DNA of 64,000 nt from Macrostomum hystrix (lineage: Eukaryota > Animalia > Platyhelminthes), in assembly GCA_950097015.1 (NCBI GenBank), contig CATNEN010000029.1:2542001-2606000 (forward strand). Reading direction: 5' to 3'. Each line of letters opens with the position of its first letter. The stretch's first letter is position 1. The notes beneath the pieces were generated by a model that was not told the origin of the DNA, ran no database searches, and saw nothing but the letters and a program-made list of their open reading frames with translations. Shown here piece by piece: positions 11,186 to 23,712 of this stretch. The position numbers were made by a program, and so were the translations under genes.

Positions 11186-13030
11186 AGCTAGACATACCAA
11201 AGGCTGTCAAACTGACAAGCTAGACATACCAAAGGCTGTCAAACTGACAAGCTAGAAATACCAAAGGCTGTCAAACTGACAAGCTAGGCATCTCAAATGC
11301 TGTCAAATTGACAAGCTAGACATACCAAAGGCTGTCAAACTGACAAGCTAGGCATCTCAAATGCTGTCAAATTGACAAGCTAGACATACCAAAGGCTGTC
11401 AAACTGACAAGCTAGACATACCAAAGGCTGTCAAACTGACAAGCTAGGCATCTCAAATGCTGTCAAATTGACAAGCTAGACATACCAAAGGCTGTCAAAC
11501 TGACAAGCTAGGCATACCAACGGCTGTCAAACTGACAAACTAGACATACCAAAGGCTGTCAAACTGACAAGCTAGACATACCAAAGGCTGTCAAACTGAC
11601 AAGCTAGAAATACCAAAGGCTGTCAAACTGACAAGCTAGGCATCTCAAATGCTGTCAAATTGACAAGCTAGACATACCAAAGGCTGTCAAACTGACAAGC
11701 TAGGCATCTCAAATGCTGTCAAATTGACAAGCTAGACATACCAAAGGCTGTCAAACTGACAAGCTAGACATACCAAAGGCTGTCAAACTGACAAGCTAGG
11801 CATCTCAAATGCTGTCAAATTGACAAGCTAGACATACCAAAGGCTGTCAAACTGACAAGCTAGGCATACCAACGGCTGTCAAACTGACAAACTAGACATA
11901 CCAAAGGCTGTCAAACTGACAAGCTAGACATACCAAAGGCTGTCAAACTGACAAGCTAGACATACCAAAGACTGTCAAACTGACAAGCTAGGCATCTCAA
12001 ATGCTGTCAAACGGACAAGCTAGACATACCAAAGGCTGTCAAACTGACAAGCTAGACATACCAAAGGCTGTCAAACTGACAAGCTAGGCATCTCAAATGC
12101 TGTCAAATTGACAAGCTAGACATACCAAAGGCTGTCAAACTGACAAGCTAGACATACCAAAGGCTGTCAAACTGACAAGCTAGGCATACCAACGGCTGTC
12201 AAACTGACAAACTAGACATACCAAAGGCTGTCAAACTGACAAGCTAGACATACCAAAGGCTGTCAAACTGACAAGCTAGACATACCAAAGACTGTCAAAC
12301 TGACAAGCTAGGCATCTCAAATGCTGTCAAACTGACAAACTAGACATACCAAAGGCTGTCAAACTGACAAGCTAGACATACCAAAGGCTGTCAAACTGAC
12401 AAGCTAGAAATACCAAATGCTGTCAAACGGACAAGCTAGGCATCTCAAATGCTGTCAAATTGACAAGCTAGGCATACCAAAGGCTGTCAAACTGACAAGC
12501 TAGGCATCTCAAATGCTGTCAAATTGACAAGCTAGACATACCAAAGGCTGTCAAACTGACAAGCTAGACATACCAAAGGCTGTCAAACTGACAAGCTAGA
12601 CATACCAAAGGCTGTCAAACTGACAAGCTAGACATACCAAAGGCTGTCAAACTGACAAGCTAGGCATCTCAAATACTGTCAAATTGACAAGCTAGACATA
12701 CCAAAGGCTGTCAAACTGACAAGCTAGACATACCAAACGCTGTCAAACTGACAAGCTAGACATACCAAAGGCTGTCAAATTGACAAGCTAGGCATCTCAA
12801 AGGCTGTCAAATTGACAAGCTAGGCATCTCAAAGGCTGTCAAATTGACAAGCTACGCATCTCAAAGGCTGTCAAATTGACAAGCTACGCATCTCAAATGC
12901 TGTCAAATTGACAAGCTACGCATCTCAAATGCTGTCAAACTGACAAGCTAGGCATCTAGGCTAGGCCTCTCAAAGACTGTCAAACTGACAAGCTAGGCAT
13001 TTCAAAGGATATCAAATTGATGAGCTGGAC
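11186..13030. repeat. 32-bp minisatellite (AGCTAGACATACCAAAGGCTGTCAAACTGACA), about 57 copies, with higher-order structure
   Basis: 32-nt periodicity; diagnostic variants recur at 352 and 320 bp. Confidence 0.95.
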
Positions 13031-13719
13031 ATCTAACTAAGAAACTGTGTTTACACCTCTGATATTTTTAGATAGAAACTTAGAAAAAATTCCAAAAGAA
13101 AAATTCATTTCAAACATCAGTGATATCTTACTTAATCTTTCATCAAACTGAGTGTCTGAGTTCAATGATTGAAATTGAAATTTAATAAATAATGCAATAT
13201 TTCGTGAAATCGAACCGTGCTTCTAGTGGCAAGCGCGAACTGTTACTAGGCTTCAATGTGTTGGACAAACTTAAATTATCGCTGCGTTGCTTATTTCGTT
13301 AAATTAACGATCGACGTTAATTAAAGAATGTGAAGCTCAGCAGGAGTGCGTCACTGACAAGCATGTCAATCAATCAATAAAACCAATCAAAATAGTCAAT
13401 AAACAATTAGATTAGATTTCGCACGGACATGGTTGGGGAGGAGCCACAACTGACCGTTTTCGCACGCTACCAGAATAACACCGACTTTGTTTTAATGGGA
13501 TTTTGTGATTCCGCACTAAGGCACAGATTGTGCTGAGAAAAAACAGATAGTCTGGCGAGTTCTGATTGAGTGAACTCAAGATCAGAGTCTAAATTGGCCA
13601 AATTAGCCGAATCGAAAGATATCGGGGAAGACTAGGCGAGTGTCAGCTCGTCCGTGCTCAACGGAATTAGGCATCGATTTCTGATTAGAAAATCTCTGCA
13701 GAGCGTCAAATTAGACGTT

Positions 13720-13885
13720 TCTAGGACTTGGGACCACGCAATCTCGGCTTAAAGGTCAGGGGTTCGATTCCCGACTCCACTGGAACAATTTGTGTCCTTT
13801 AGCAAGGCAGCAAGAAACTTAAGTCTGAATTGTTTCAGTTTATTTTGCTGTTAAATGGATATCAGGATTAGCTGGGGTAATTAAT
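13720..13885 (+). mobile_element. tRNA-derived SINE family B (CORE-like central domain), degenerate
   Basis: B-box GGTTCGATTCC at 13761-13771 followed by TGTGTCCTTTAGCAAGGCA. The downstream part is homologous to 35388-35465. Confidence 0.6.
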
Positions 13886-15466
13886 GGGGTGTAGCATTCG
13901 CCCAGTCCATGGACTGAACAGCCGTACGCAGCCTTCAGATGCACTGCGCAATGGCTGCGGCTGTGCAGACGGCTGTGCATCTGGCCCAATTTGGGCAGGT
14001 ATAGTCAAATATTATTTTTTTATTTCTAACATTACTATTATCATTGTCTAATTTCCTAATTGCTTTATTTCACCAAGCCGTAAAATAAGTACAGTCCATG
14101 GACTGAACAGTTGTTAGGTGTAGTTTCTATTTGTAAATGTTTCCTATATCAAAGTGTCTGTCTGTCAATGATGAGGGCAACTCTTTCTAACTTTACAAAC
14201 AGACGATCACCATTTGAGCAACATTCTCTAGGGGTCTCGACGGGCCTGTTGAGACGCCTTGCCAATGGTCGCGTGCGTCATTTTTTGCCGCTCCCTATCG
14301 AGGGGGGAGGGAGCGGGTCCTCGGGGATGCCCAGGTCAACAGCTGCAGCAAATGTTGGTAATGAGGAGTCTCTTAGTAATTGAATTGCCCGGACCCCACG
14401 GCCGCTCTAACAATCCGTCCCCAAACCCCAGCACCGCTGACGGAGCGGAGTAAGCAAAGGCACCGCCCCTTAGACTGAGACCTTATTGAATATGACACTG
14501 AGACACTCCACTATGCCCTGAGCTAAGATCGCCCCCCCGGTTTCCAAAGCTCGTGCACAGAAAGTGCAGGCCAGAAAAGTTATAGGGTGAGGCGAGTGAG
14601 CGAGAATGAGAATCTAAAACCTGAAGCTGCTGAGAGCCATGCTCTATCGCATTACTCCCTTCGATTAGGGGATTTTTGCCTCGAGGGGGAGACTGCAGCC
14701 GAGCAAGGGAGGAGACATAGCTGAAGGCAGTGTTGGTTGCTATGCGACGTTTCGACTTTCTAAAAAATGTGTGCAGCTGATGCCGCTGCTGATGCCGACC
14801 TGGGCTGAATGCCTACTTTTGTCTTGTTCTATTTCCCTCCTCCTAGTTACTAACTGTCATTGGCCAATCAGTCGCATGCAGTTGTAGAAGCTCTCCCTAA
14901 GACTTGTGTGTAACCTCCCCCACCATTATTTGCCTTCAATCTTCCAATTGACTTCTCCTAGACTCTCTGTTTCGTCCCATTTTGGGCCTCTTGTAACTCG
15001 CAATCTCCACTTTATCTGCGGTATGTGGCGCCATTAAGCCTAGCTGGTAACACAAGAGCTGGGGGTGGGGAAGTAAGAAGTGGCAAGTCTTGTCCAATGC
15101 CGCTACCAAACCTGACTCTACCCGCCTTAACACTCGGCCAGAATTAGTTTTTCTACTTAGAAAGTGCAATATTAGCAAAACATATGCGGCTGTTTAGTTA
15201 GTAATCCTTTAATTTATCTCGACAGAAAACCAAGCGGAACAGAATATCTAGCAAACCGATAAATTATAAAAGCTACTCGTAGTTACCGATTCTGTTAAGC
15301 ATTACAATTAAAAAAATGAGACTTACGTATTTGCCCGAGGTTAATTGCAGGGAATAAGATTTGAAATCACGCTAATTGGGCTTAATCATTAAAACAAACT
15401 GCTACAATTTTAAATACCGACATCAAGCGTCTATTTGTTTCCTTAAACGTTTTTTAACGATGGCAC

Positions 15467-16165
15467 AGGGGAGATATGAGACAGGGGAGATATGAGACAG
15501 GGGACATATGAGACAGGGGAGATATGAGACAGGGGAGATATGAGGCAGGGGAGATATGAGACAGGGGAGATATGAGGCAGGGGAGATATGAGACAGGGGA
15601 GATATGAGACAGGGGAGATATGAGGCAGGGGAGATATGAGACAGGGGAGATATGAGACAGAGGAGATGTGAGACAGGGAGGATATGAGACAGGGGAGATA
15701 TGAGACAGGGATGATATGAGACAGGGGAGATATGAGACAGGGGAGATATGAGACAGGGGAGATATGAGACAGGGGAGATATGAGACAGGGGAGATATGAG
15801 ACAGGGGAGATATGAGACAGGGGAGATATGAGACAGGGGAGATATGAGACAGGGGAGATATGAGACAGGGGAGATATGAGACAGGGGAGATATGAGACAG
15901 GGGAGATATGAGACAGGGGAGATATGAGACAGGGGAGATATGAGACAGGGGAGATATGAGACAGGGGAGATATGAGACAGGGGAGATATGAGACAATGGA
16001 GATATGAGACAGGGGAGATATGAGACAGGGGAGATATGAGACAGGGGAGATATGAGACAATGGAGATATGAGACAGGGGAGATATGAGACAGGGGAGATA
16101 TGAGACAGGGGAGATATGAGACAGGGGAGATATGAGACAGGGGAGATATGAGACAGGGGAGATGT
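15467..16165. repeat. 16-bp purine-rich minisatellite (ACAGGGGAGATATGAG), about 44 copies
   Basis: Tandem units ending about 140 nt before the Kv exon 2 acceptor. Confidence 0.95.
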
Positions 16166-16306
16166 AAGACAAGGCTATGGGTGTTGGGTGGGACCAGAGG
16201 CCGTTTTTGGAGTTTATAGGGGCCACATGCGGTCAGCAAGCTGTAGGTAGCTGAGGACTATAAAAGTAGCTAACTAGGCAAAGCCAAATGTTGCACCAAC
16301 CCGCAG

Positions 16307-17057
16307 TTGTGGGCGATGCTGCTGCTGCTACTGACGATCTGCAGCGTGATGTGCTACTGTCTGCAGACCCACACAGCATTTCGCACACCCAGTCAGAAGG
16401 TGTACCTGGGCAATGCCACCGAGGGGCCCTGCAGCAATGAGTCGCGAAGTTTTAATCCGAAAATTCGCAAAGACTGCGAAACCGAGCCAATGCAGGGCCT
16501 GGTGATTGTTGACGTCACTCTCAATGCCATCTTCACATTCGAGTTCGTCATCAAATTGGTGGTGGCGCCGGACAAGTCGAAATTCCTGCGCTCGCCGATC
16601 TCCCTGATGGACATGATCATCCTGGGCTCCTACTGGATCTACGTCTCATTGTCGTTCTTCTATTATTACCGGCTTGGAGCTGAAGAGCTGCGAGCATCGA
16701 TGCAGCAGAACGCGGAGGGCGTTGATCTCTGGTGGCTCAATGTGCTGTTCATGTCGCAGGCGTTGCGCATTCTGCGCATCTTCAAGATTAGCAAGATCAG
16801 CCGAGGCCTGCGGGTACTTATGCTGACGGTGAAGAAGTCCATCCCGGAGCTGGTGTTGCTGGGCTTCCTGCTGATGAATGGCATGTTCCTGTTCAGCTCC
16901 ATGGTGTACATGGCCGAGTACAACCAGTACGACACATTCTCGGACATTCCGCAGGCCTTCTGGTGGAGCATCGTCACCCTGACTACCGTCGGCTACGGCG
17001 ACATTGTGCCCAAAGGCGGCCCCGGCTTCATTATCGGCTCCGTGGCTGCCGTTTCAG
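16307..17057 (+). CDS. Shaw/Kv3-like channel coding exon 2 (S1-S5, pore, start of S6)
   Basis: Acceptor CCGCAG|TTG in phase 0. Contains FTFEF (S2), LRILRIFK (S4) and FWWSIVTLTTVGYGD (filter). Phase-1 donor TCAG|GTTAGT. Confidence 0.95.
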
Positions 17058-17078
17058 GTTAGTCCGCGGTCTGCGCTG

Positions 17079-17531
17079 CCACAATGTCCCACCCCAGATT
17101 ATCCTCTCAGATCCTGTTCTATCCTACTCCACAATGTCCCATCCCAGATTATCCTCTCAGATCCTGTTCTATCCTACTCCACAATGTCCCATCCCGCATT
17201 ATCCTCTCAGATCCTGTTCTATCGTACTCCACAATGTCCCATCCCGCATTATCCTCTCAGATCCTGTTCTATCCTACTCCACAATGTCCCATCCCGCATT
17301 ATCCTCTCAGATCCTGTTCTATCCTACTCCACAATGTCCCATCCCGCATTATCCTCTCAGATCCTGTTCTATCCTACTCCACAATGTCCCATCCCGCATT
17401 ATCCTCTCAGATACTGTTCTATCCTACTCCACAATGTCCCATCCCGCATTATCCTCTCAGATCCTGTTCTATCCTACTCCACAATGTCCCATCCCGCATT
17501 ATCCTCTCAGATCCTGTTCTATCCTACTCCC
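17079..17531. repeat. 50-bp minisatellite, about 9 copies, starting about 20 nt after the exon 2 donor
   Basis: Unit CCACAATGTCCCATCCCGCATTATCCTCTCAGATCCTGTTCTATCCTACT. Confidence 0.95.
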
Positions 17532-17959
17532 TGTCTAACAGTACCTTTGGCATCAGAGCAATCGTTTAGCGTTTATTTTAGTCCAATTTTTCATTCTCAT
17601 TCGAGTCGGACAAAAGGTTTGCTTAAACTCAGAAAATTTCAAATTTCCTGAACAAGTCCTATGTTGAGCATCAAATTTTGGGGTCCAAATAAACGATTTG
17701 AGTCAGGTATTTCCTGCATCTGCTTGCTGTTCTCGTTCAGTTGTCTACGAGAACAAGATCTCGCTAAACCGCCATCAACTCGCTTATCAGACTGAGTGCC
17801 GTCACACGCATGCGCTTTGCTTGGCCGCTCTTAAAGTGCACAATGATTTATCCGCTGAATGAAGGGACTTAAAGGAGCTAAGCATGTTTTGCTATTTTTA
17901 GTATTTTGTTTCCAACGTTTCAGTTGAGACGAAAATATTAAATATGAGATTCCATTATT

Positions 17960-18810
17960 ATCCTGTCCTATCCTGTCCTATCTTGTCCTATCCTGTCAAA
18001 TATTTTCCTATCTTGTCCTATCCTGTCCTATCCCGTCCTATCCTGTCAAGTCTTGTCCTATCCTGTCCTATCCTGTCAAATCTTGTCCTATCTTGTCAAA
18101 TATTTTCCTATCTTGTCCTATCTTGTCCTATCCTGTCCTATCTTGTCCTATCCTGTCCTATCCTGTCCTATCTTGTCCTATCCTGTCCTATCTTGTCAAA
18201 TCTTGTCCTATCCCGTCCTATCCTGTCAAATATTTTCCTATCTTGTCCTATCTTGTCCTATCCTGTCCTATCCTGTCCTATCCTGTCAAATCTTGTCCTA
18301 TCTTGTTAAATATTTTCCTATCTTGTCCTATCCTGTCCTATCTTGTCCTATCCTGTCCTATCCTGTCCTATATTGTCCTATCCTGTCCTATCCTGTCAAA
18401 TCTTGTCCTATCCCGTCCTATCCTGTCAAATATTGTCCTATCCTGTCCTATCCTGCCAAATCTTGTCCTATCCTGTCAAATATTTTCCTATCTTGTCCTA
18501 TCTTGTCCTATCCTGTCCTATCCTGCCAAATCTTGTCCTATCCTGTCCTATCCTGTCCTATCCTGCCAAATCTTGTCCTATCCTGTCCTGTCCTGTCAAA
18601 TATTGTCCTATCCTGTCCTGTCCTGTCAAATCTTGTCCTATCCTGTCCTATCCTGTCAAATCTTGTCCTATCCCGTCCTATCCTGTCAAATCTTGTCCTA
18701 TCTTGTCCTATCCTGTCAAATATTTTCCTATCTTGTCCGATCCTGCCCTATCCTGTCCTATTTTGTCCTTTCCTGTCCTATCCTGTCCTCTCCTATTCAG
18801 TCAGTTACTG
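17960..18810. repeat. 10-bp-based satellite (ATCCTGTCCT)n with variants
   Basis: Degenerate decamer array. Explains ORFs 17944-19059. Confidence 0.93.
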
Positions 18811-19887
18811 TCATGTCCTATCTTATCCAATAATACTATATTCTACTATTATCCTTTTATTCTCAGATCATCTGAGAAACCTGTCTATCCTGTCTCGCTC
18901 TTCACTCATCTGCGAACTATTCAGTTGCATATCCAGATAATCCCTGGATCCTGTTGTCTAGTTCTTCATCTCAATACCTTTTTTGAAGAGACTACATTGC
19001 ACCTGTCCCCCTTCACAGCTTTGTCTGCCCTCGAACGCAGTTTTCTAGGCGTTAATTAAATTTCCTAGAAAACGGTGGACGTCCCATCCCGATCTCATCC
19101 TTCTTTTGAGGCCACAACGGTGTTTAAGTACACGTGCAGTGTCCTTGTGACAATTTCCGGATCAAATAGATACATTTTAGCTACAATTTTAGCACAGCAA
19201 CAGCAGCATCTGAAAATATATACCGTCTGAGCAAAATAAAAAAAGTGATCCCAAAAGAAATATGCGCCGAGAAACGGCAATCGATTCCCATCAAGTAATT
19301 GGGACTCGGGACAAGGGGGTGCGTTAGGGGGGAGAATTGAGGCGCAGTGGGGACTGCCGCACTGAATAGGCTCTGATTATGCAGCCATTTCTGGGCTCCG
19401 AGTAGGAAAAGTAAAATTGCCTAAAAAAGTTTTTTCTCTGGAATTTAACAAGGCCGGCCAATCGTTTGGTCGATCAAAATTTCAGAATTGAGTATTTCGT
19501 CCCAAATTTAACTAAGGAAAAGTCCCAAGCGAAAGTGGGATCTTTTGGGCGAGCCTGGTCAGTCCAACAGTTTATTTTCTCATTCAACACTCTGGAGGAT
19601 AAAAGGATAAAGGAATAAAAGCCAAGTCAAATCGGTCCTGAAGTGTTTCCGTCAGCCCGTATTTGGTCAGCATTGGTGGACTAAAATAATTTTTGCCTAG
19701 GAGAGAATGCAGAGGCCGCGGTGAATACTCGATTCCCTCCCAATTCCATACTGACCAGCTAATAACTGGGACACCTATTTGGACAGATTCCAGTGCCTCT
19801 CCAGCCTTCCCCACTCCGTTGGCGCCTCACACAGCTTTCCAGATTCGCAATTCAAAGTCTGGTGCCACGGAAACACTCGGGACTGGG

Positions 19888-20330
19888 AAAAAAATTGGGA
19901 ATAGAGGATTGGGAATAGAGGATTGGGATAGAGGATTGGGAATAGAGGATTGGGGATAGAGGATTGGGGATAGAGGATTGGGAATAGAGGATTGGGATAG
20001 AGGATTGGGAATAGAGGATTGGGATAGAGGATTGGGAATAGAGGATTGGGAATAGAGGATTGGGGATAGAGGATTGGAAATAGAGGATCGGAAATAGAGG
20101 ATCAAAAATAGAGGATTGGAAATAGAGGACAGGAAATAGAGGATTGGAAATAGAGGATAGGAAATAGAGGATTGGAAAGAGAGGATTGGAAATAGAGGAT
20201 TGGAAATAGAGGATTGGAAAGAGAGGATTGGAAATAGAGGATTGGAAATAGAGGATTGGAAATAGAGGATTGAGAATAGAGGATTGGAAATAGAGGATTG
20301 GAAAGAGAGGATTTTGAAAAGGAGGTTTGG
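19888..20330. repeat. About 14-bp purine-rich minisatellite (AATAGAGGATTGG[G/A])
   Basis: About 30 tandem copies. Confidence 0.92.
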
Positions 20331-22504
20331 GAAGTGAGTATTTGCCTACTGTCTATCCTCTTCCTCAGTGGCAGGTGTAAATAGAATCTCATAATTAGCT
20401 GATACTGTCGCACCATGCTGCGATCCGTGACTGCAGCCTATTCTTCCTCTTTTGGCACAGTTCGCCAGTTCTAGCTCCCAAAGGAGTGGCTAATTGAGAA
20501 TTGCTGAGTGGAGAATCTGTATTGAGCTCAATCTCTTCCTCAGCAATTGTCGAGCATTTTCAATGATATGAATAGCCAATGTCACGAAATGAATGCCGGG
20601 TGCAGGCACCATTCAGTAGCTCACTATTGCATGACTCTCCGATTTGCTTACTTACTGGAATCTATCGTTATCGTTATGGCCTTCCCTTGAAAAAAAATCA
20701 CTGCATTTGCTTCATAGTTTACAAAGTCTGTTCCCATGGGGACTTCAAAGTGACAAAAATTCTTCCAGCATTGACAGCGAAGGCGCTTATCTGTACGACC
20801 CGATCTCTCGCGCAAACAAACGGGACATTCGGCCTTATTGATGGATGGGATCACGCTTCGTCAGTTGGCTCTTGTTTTGCCCCAATCAGCAGCTGACGAA
20901 CAAGATCCCTCTGCGGACCCCAATCTTCAGTTTTCCATTTCCTGATCATCTCCGTCTGCAGACTTGCCAATTATTATCTTAAGCCTCTCTATTTCGCTGG
21001 GAAGCGGTAGAAAATCCTGTTCTCAAGTCAGGTCGGAGTCGGATCCGCTCCTAAAAAATCCCCATCCCATCCCAAGTGCAGGTGGATTTTATTCCAAGGT
21101 CAGTTGTCCAGTTAATCAGGCATTATTCTTTGTCGATTCGCAGAGTTCTCGAGGGAATTAAAAGACAAACAGGAGAGAAAGAAGCGGGGATGAGAGATGA
21201 AATGTCGCTTTTAGTGAGGCCAGTTTAGCAAGTCAAACAGTCCGCAGTTCCTGCTCTGCCCAGGTCAATTGAAACTATCCGCGTGTCGGACTTGGTGTTC
21301 AATGGAATCCTCGCTTGACTGACACTGGGCATCTGCGTGACTCCCAGATCAATCAGCCAGCGGGATAATCTCCCGGCAGACCGCGCAGAGTTCATCTGCA
21401 CTTTATTTTTTCACTCCTAACACTAGCCGCCCTGAGAACAATTTCATTATCTCTGAGACTGAGCACAGTTGCCCGCTGTGAGCAGCTCTGGGAGCTCAGC
21501 TCTTTTGGAAGGCTGTCATGGGACCGAGAGCTGCTGGGGTGGGAGGCTCAACTCGAAATTGCCGCCGCACTTCATCTGTTCTGGTAGTGCGGAGTTGCAA
21601 AGTCGAAATTGCTATCTGCCTCTGTGACTTACAGGCGGTTGAGGCTGTTGCAGGTATGATACAAGTGTGATACAATGTCCGCGAGCAAGGAGGGGAAGAC
21701 AAGGAGCCGTCTGAAAATGTCTTTTTATCGGACGGTTGCATCTCAGCTTTGGGGAACGCGAGGCGGAGGAGGATAAAACAGGGATAAGGGATCTGCCACA
21801 TGCAGGCCAACCGCCCGAAACTGTGCGCGAGACGAGGAAGACAAATCCTTTGCGAAATTGGCTCTTGCACTAGACTCCGGGCCGACCTACCCACCTCACA
21901 GTCACTCTCACTCAACCAGTCGATCCTACGGTCGCATGGACTCACAGGGATCTGGTTGCCAGCCAAACCACCCTGCTCCCCTGTTGCTCGCTACTAAAGG
22001 ACTTCGGGCAACCAAATTATTGCTGCTGGCAAATTTCAGATTCGCTGCTAGACGGAGAGAAAGAGAGACAGCTCGGAAAAGAAGCGTGTCTTTGGAGTAT
22101 TGGAAGAGCAGTCCGCAGACCTAATCCACTCCACTTTTTTCTTCACCGCCGTAGAGATAGCACGCAAAAATAGATAGGAACCTATCTAAGTAGCGGAATC
22201 TCCATGGCCTTAGAAGATGTCAATTTGAAAGCTGTCCAACCTATCCCTCTTCTATCTGGGTCAGCCAAGCACTGAGCGGCCCAAGGGGGGTTGGCGCTGT
22301 GCGGTGGCTCGATGATGCATCGTTGATGATTTCGATCAGGCAGTTAAGAGGCGGCGTCGCCTGTCAGATTGTTCGACCGGCTGTTCCACAGGCTGATGGA
22401 ACTGATTCAAATGCGAGTCCTGTATTTGGGACACACCGTGAGAGATGTGGGGAGAATTAGATGGGATAAAACAAGATAGAAAGAGTAGGTAATGGCAAAA
22501 TAAA

Positions 22505-23070
22505 GGAACGAGAAGGGAAGGAGAACGGAACGAGAAGGGAGGAGAAGGGGATGAGAATGGGAGGAGAAGGGGAGGAGAACTGGAGGAGAAGGGGAGGAGA
22601 ACGGAACGAGAAGGGGATGAGAATGGGAGGAGAAGGGGAGGAAAACTGGAGGAGAAGGGGAGGAGAACGGAACGAGAAGGGAGGAGAACGGGAGAGAAGG
22701 GGAGGAGAACGGAAGGAGAAGGGTGGAGAACGGAAGGAGAAGGGTGGAGAACGGAAGGAGAATAGAGGAGAAGGGGATGAGAATGGGAGGAGAAGGGGAT
22801 GAGAAGGGGAGAACGGGAGGAGTAGGGGAGGAGAAGGGGAGGAGAATGGGAGGAGAATGGGAGAACGGGAGGAGTAGGGGAGGAGAAGATGGGAGAATGG
22901 GAGGTGAAGGGAAAGCCTAAGCGGAGGAGAATGGGAGGAGAATGGGAGAACGGGAGGAGTAGGGGAGGAGAAGGGGAGGAGAATGGGAGGTGAAGGGAAA
23001 GCCGAAGCGGAGGAGAATGGGAGGAGAATGGGAGGAGAAGGGGAGGAGAAGGGGGGAGAATGGGAGGAGT
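22505..23070. repeat. GA-rich low-complexity repeat (GGAGAA-based)
   Basis: Almost purely purine, ending about 30 nt before the Kv exon 3 acceptor. Confidence 0.9.
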
Positions 23071-23101
23071 AGTATACTTTGAGTTAACCCAAATTCTTCA
23101 G

Positions 23102-23712
23102 GCTGCATCGTCACTGGCTTGGCTATTCCAATCATTGGCAACAACTTCAACACCTACTACAAGTACATGCAGAACCACCTGAAGGAGACAAAGTACATGA
23201 AGATCATGCAGAAGGACAACCAGAGCCAGCAGATGGGCGGCCGCTACGGCCAAGGCGGCAACAAGAAGTTCATTCAGCGCAACCACGACCTGGACGACAA
23301 GGTGCTGAACGGTCTCATCAAGAAGAACCGGCAGCAAAACTTCTCAGCCCGGATGCCGCCTCCGATGGCTCGGCCTGCCACCACAGGCGGCTCGACTAGA
23401 GATGTCGACAGCCCGGTTAAGACAGCCGCAGCCGCAGCCGCAGCAGCCGCGAAGGTGGCAGTGCCGACACCGGCTGTTGAAACAGTCGACGTTGCCGACG
23501 TCGGCGAGACAGTGGCCGTGCATGCTGAAGTCTCTGCCGACACCGACGCCACCGCCACCGCCACCGCCGCCTCTAGGGCCTCGGTTATCGTTGAATCGTC
23601 TCCAACGCCGCCGCCACCGCCGACACCGCCACCGCCGCCGCAGTCGACTGAATGCGCAACAGACGAGGCAGCGGCAACAACAGCTGCCGAAGAGCAGGAG
23701 CAGTTTGTTTAG
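23102..23712 (+). CDS. Shaw/Kv3-like channel coding exon 3 (end of S6, low-complexity C-terminus)
   Basis: Acceptor TTCTTCAG|GC in phase 1 gives VAAVSG|CIVTGLAIPIIGNNFNTYY, aligning to Kv3 S6. Stop TAG at 23710-23712. Spliced CDS is 1830 nt (609 aa). Confidence 0.92.

Noticed and set aside
13720-13790. tRNA gene
   Set aside because: Only a B-box is present, with no cloverleaf; it continues into a SINE body. The same holds for 41790-41860.
21496-21966. 156-aa minus-strand ORF with FSDGS (RNase H-like?)
   Set aside because: Single short motif, no other RNase H or RT residues, and intronic antisense location.
22200-22440. Possible L2/CR1-type LINE 3' fragment on the minus strand (…ISSISLWNS…)
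   Set aside because: Only a few residues resemble the motif and there are stops; it cannot be supported without a search.
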